Assembly: GCF_006345805.1 (NCBI RefSeq)
Contig: NC_043010.1
Location: 36,952,001-37,016,000 of the forward strand
Direction: 5' to 3'
DNA length: 64,000 nucleotides
Source of the DNA: Octopus sinensis
Taxonomy: Eukaryota
Shown here: one piece after another, positions 60,918 through 64,000 of the stretch
Numbering within the stretch: position 1 is the first letter of the stretch
How the letters are laid out: every line of letters begins with the position of its first letter
The notes under the pieces: generated by a model
The model's input: only the letters and a program-made list of their open reading frames with translations
The model's database searches: none
Told to the model about the DNA's origin: nothing
Program-made: the position numbers and the translations under genes

Positions 60918-61590
60918 TTATCTTTTACTTGCTTCAGTCATTAGACTACGGCCATGGTAGGACACTGCCTTAAATATTTAGTGGAATGAATTGACCCCAG
61001 TACTTATTTTTTAAGTACTTATTCTATCAGTCTCCTTTGCTGAACCACTAAGTTACACGGGATGCAAACACACCAATGCCGGCTATCAAATGGTGGTGGA
61101 GGACAAACACAGATGCAAAGACACAGATACATAGATACACACACACACACACACATATATATTTCTATACGACAGGCTTCTTTCAGTTTCCTTCTATCAA
61201 ATCCACTCACAAGGCTTTGGTCAGCACAAGGCTATAATCACATATTTGTGTACTTGTTTAAGTCATTAAACTGTGGCCATGCTGGGGCACCGCCTTGAAG
61301 AATTTTTAGTTGAATGAAGCCTGTTATTTATTCTATCAGTCTCTTTTGCTGAACCACTAAGTTATGGGGGATGTAAACACAACATCACTGGTTGTCAAGC
61401 GGTGGTGGAGAACAATCTCACACACACACACATACACAATGGAGTTCTTTCAGTTTCTGTTTACCAAATCCACTCATAAGGCTTTGATCAGTCCAAGGCT
61501 ATAGAAGAAGACACTTACCCATGGTGCCACACAGTGGGACTGAACCCAGGACCATGTGGTTATGAAGCAAACTTTTTATCAAACAGCCCC
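60918..61590 (-). mobile_element. two adjacent family A SINEs
   Basis: Reverse copies at ~60918-61232 and ~61248-61590. Confidence 0.8.
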
Positions 61591-62404
61591 ACCTTTGAAA
61601 TCTCAAAGCTGAAAGACAATGCATGCTTAATTCAAAACCATGTGAATAAATAGCTTTACATCTGACAGTCGGCTTATTTGAATGCCAAGGGGTTAAGAAA
61701 TTCGATGCTGGTTGGCTACTATTTCTAGCAAGTTGACTTACGACATAGAGTCTCCATTGTGAGCTAAAATTTCTCTGTTTAAATTTAAATTTCTTTTATT
61801 TGCATTTGAATCCCTGACACTGATTAATCAAGGAATAAATATAAAACAAAGAGTAAAACGGAATGGAATTCCACTTTTGGTTTTTAACCAACAAATCTTC
61901 CTCTTTTTTTTGTAACGGTTGTAGTTTCTTACATGTACCCTGCTTCTTTTTCTCTTTCTTCAACTTATCTCCACTCATATTGTTATCTATTCTACATTGA
62001 CCAGCCACTCCAGATAAAAAAATTTTTAAATCCTCTCTCCCTTTCTTTTATAATTCTCTCATTCTTCACACATTTTCAATTAAGTACCAATGACTAGTTT
62101 GTTTGTTTATTTATTTGGCTAGATAAAACTTGGGGAAGCTAGATATTCAAATTTTTTTGCTAAGAAAGTATTTGGTTTCATGACTTAACTCACTGCTTTA
62201 GAATTCAAATTACCTACCTACCAGGGAGTAACTTCACTTTTCTATGAACCAAGAAAGAAACTGCTCTGTAGTCACTGCCACCTACTAGAAATAGCTGTCA
62301 AATAATGACATTAAGCCAGTAGTTCTCAACCAGGAGTCCACTTGACTCTTAGGGGTCCTTATAAGATTTTGTTGCTAAGGTTTATTTGCAATAAATTGGT
62401 TATA

Positions 62405-62640
62405 CTCTTTTTTTTGTTTCAGTCATTTGAGAGTGGCCATGCTGGGGCACCGGCTTAAAGGGTTTTAGCTAAACAAATCGAACCCAGGACTTTTGTTCTT
62501 TCTAAGCCAGATGCTTATTCTATCAGCCTCTCTTTGCCAAACTGCTAAGTTACAGGGACGTAAAACACATCACCACTGGTTGTCAAGCAGTAAAGGGGAA
62601 CAAACACAAACATAAAGACACACACATACATAGATATATA
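62405..62640 (-). mobile_element. SINE family A, 3' half
   Basis: Inserted into a truncated hAT MITE starting at 62318. Confidence 0.8.
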
Positions 62641-62900
62641 CATATATATATAAGAATGATACACACACACACACACACACATACATACATACATACACAC
62701 ATGGGGATTTTCATAGAAAAAACAGCACCTTTTTGATGTAAATAATTTTTGGTGTTAACATGGTCTGATTTGAATTTTATCTTCTACGAAATGAAGAGCA
62801 AGCCTTCTTCTATCATACCCTCAATTTTGGTCAACTTGTGCCGCAGAGTCTCAGAGGAGATAGTGTTAGTTGAAGGCTACCAAGCCTGCCACACACAGAC

Positions 62901-62942
<42 letters not shown>

Positions 62943-63599
62943 ATACATATATATATGTATGTATTGTCATCATTTTAATGTTTGCTTTTCCATGCTTGCA
63001 TCGGTCAGATGGAATTTGTTGTAGCCAATTTTCTATGGCTGGGTGCACTTCCTGTCACCATCTCTCAACTGTTTCCAGGAAAATCGATATTGTTTTCACA
63101 GAAGAATGGAAATGAAAGATGCTATTTGCATGATGATTGTATTGATTTACAACTATCACATGCCAAGGCACTAACAAGCACATGCACACACATGTACATA
63201 TATAGATGTTCTACAGGTTTCTTTCAGTTTCTGTTTATCAAATTCATTCACCAAGTCTTTGGTCAGCTGTGGTAGAAGACATTTGCCCCAGGTGCCTCAC
63301 ACTAAGATTGAACTAAAACCATGTAGTTGAGAAGTAAACTTCTTAGAAAGGGCATCCAGCCATAGAAAACCATGCCAAATCAGACTGGTGCCTGGTGCAG
63401 CCTTCCAGCATGCCTGCCTTGTCAAACAATCTAACCCATGTCAGCATGGACAAAGGATGTTAAATGATTATATATATATAAATTAGAAAAAAAACCCACC
63501 TTTTATCAATTCAAAATGAAAAATTAAATTACACCATCTATATATATATATATATAAACAATTATGAAATAGAAGTAACACTAGTGTAATAGGCATTAT

Positions 63600-64000
63600 C
63601 GACCACATATACTTAATTGGTGTGTCTGATGCAGTGTCCAGCCACCCTCATCTTTCTATGCTGTATCTTCAATGTTACTTTTGGTAGTCGCTGGTGTAAG
63701 TCACTGTTTGTTGTATGGCTCTTCCAGGAGATATTGAGTATCATTCTAAGCATCCTCGTATAAACCATCCAACTGCTTCTTCAATGCTTTAGTGAGCATC
63801 CATGTTTCAGCCCCGTATAGAAGAACAGACTCCACTGTTGCCAGAAACAACCACACTTTCAATTTCCTTGCTAACTTTGAACTCCATACCTTTCTCAACA
63901 GAAGGAAGAACCAAGAGACGAAGGAGGAAGGCGACCTGTATTGACATCTTGCTGGAGGATATTGGTGTGAAAGGGGTACAGGAGCTGAGGACCATTATGG
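63600..64000. mobile_element. RTE-clade LINE with 5' inversion
   Basis: - strand from ~63893 leftwards: KVWSSKLARKLKVWLFLATVESVLLYGAETW...RMLRMILNISWKSH...AGHCIRH. + strand from ~63895: TEGRTKRRRRKATCIDILLEDIGVKGVQELRTIM. Confidence 0.8.

Overview
AT-rich, repeat-saturated eukaryotic genomic DNA, almost certainly from an octopus. The basis is the tRNA-headed SINE families resembling published octopod SINEs and the very dense (TA)n/(CA)n/(ATAC)n tracts; this is recognition from memory, not a database result. No intact protein-coding gene is recognisable. Nearly all ORF-track entries are microsatellite or SINE read-throughs, so the window is most likely intronic or intergenic. It contains at least 25 SINE copies from four families, 3' fragments of several RTE-clade LINEs (one with a twin-priming 5' inversion), and decayed Tigger/pogo and mariner transposases. 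It also has hAT, piggyBac, mariner, Merlin-like and Helentron-like non-autonomous elements, Penelope-like structures, minisatellites and a 1-kb tandem duplication. The most interesting observation is a tRNA-headed SINE carrying a Penelope-type minimal hammerhead-ribozyme tail, inserted with a perfect 46-bp palindrome, an inverted 3' end and a TSD (27728-28084), with a second tail copy at about 3500. Also notable are a ~240-bp foldback with decayed hammerhead cores, a partial-tandem (pLTR-like) element, and several strong + strand splice-signal clusters (a possible recursive splice site and micro-exons). Two - strand exon-like frames are each broken by a single TAG. Most repeat boundaries are approximate (+/-10-20 bp), and all exon calls are unvalidated.
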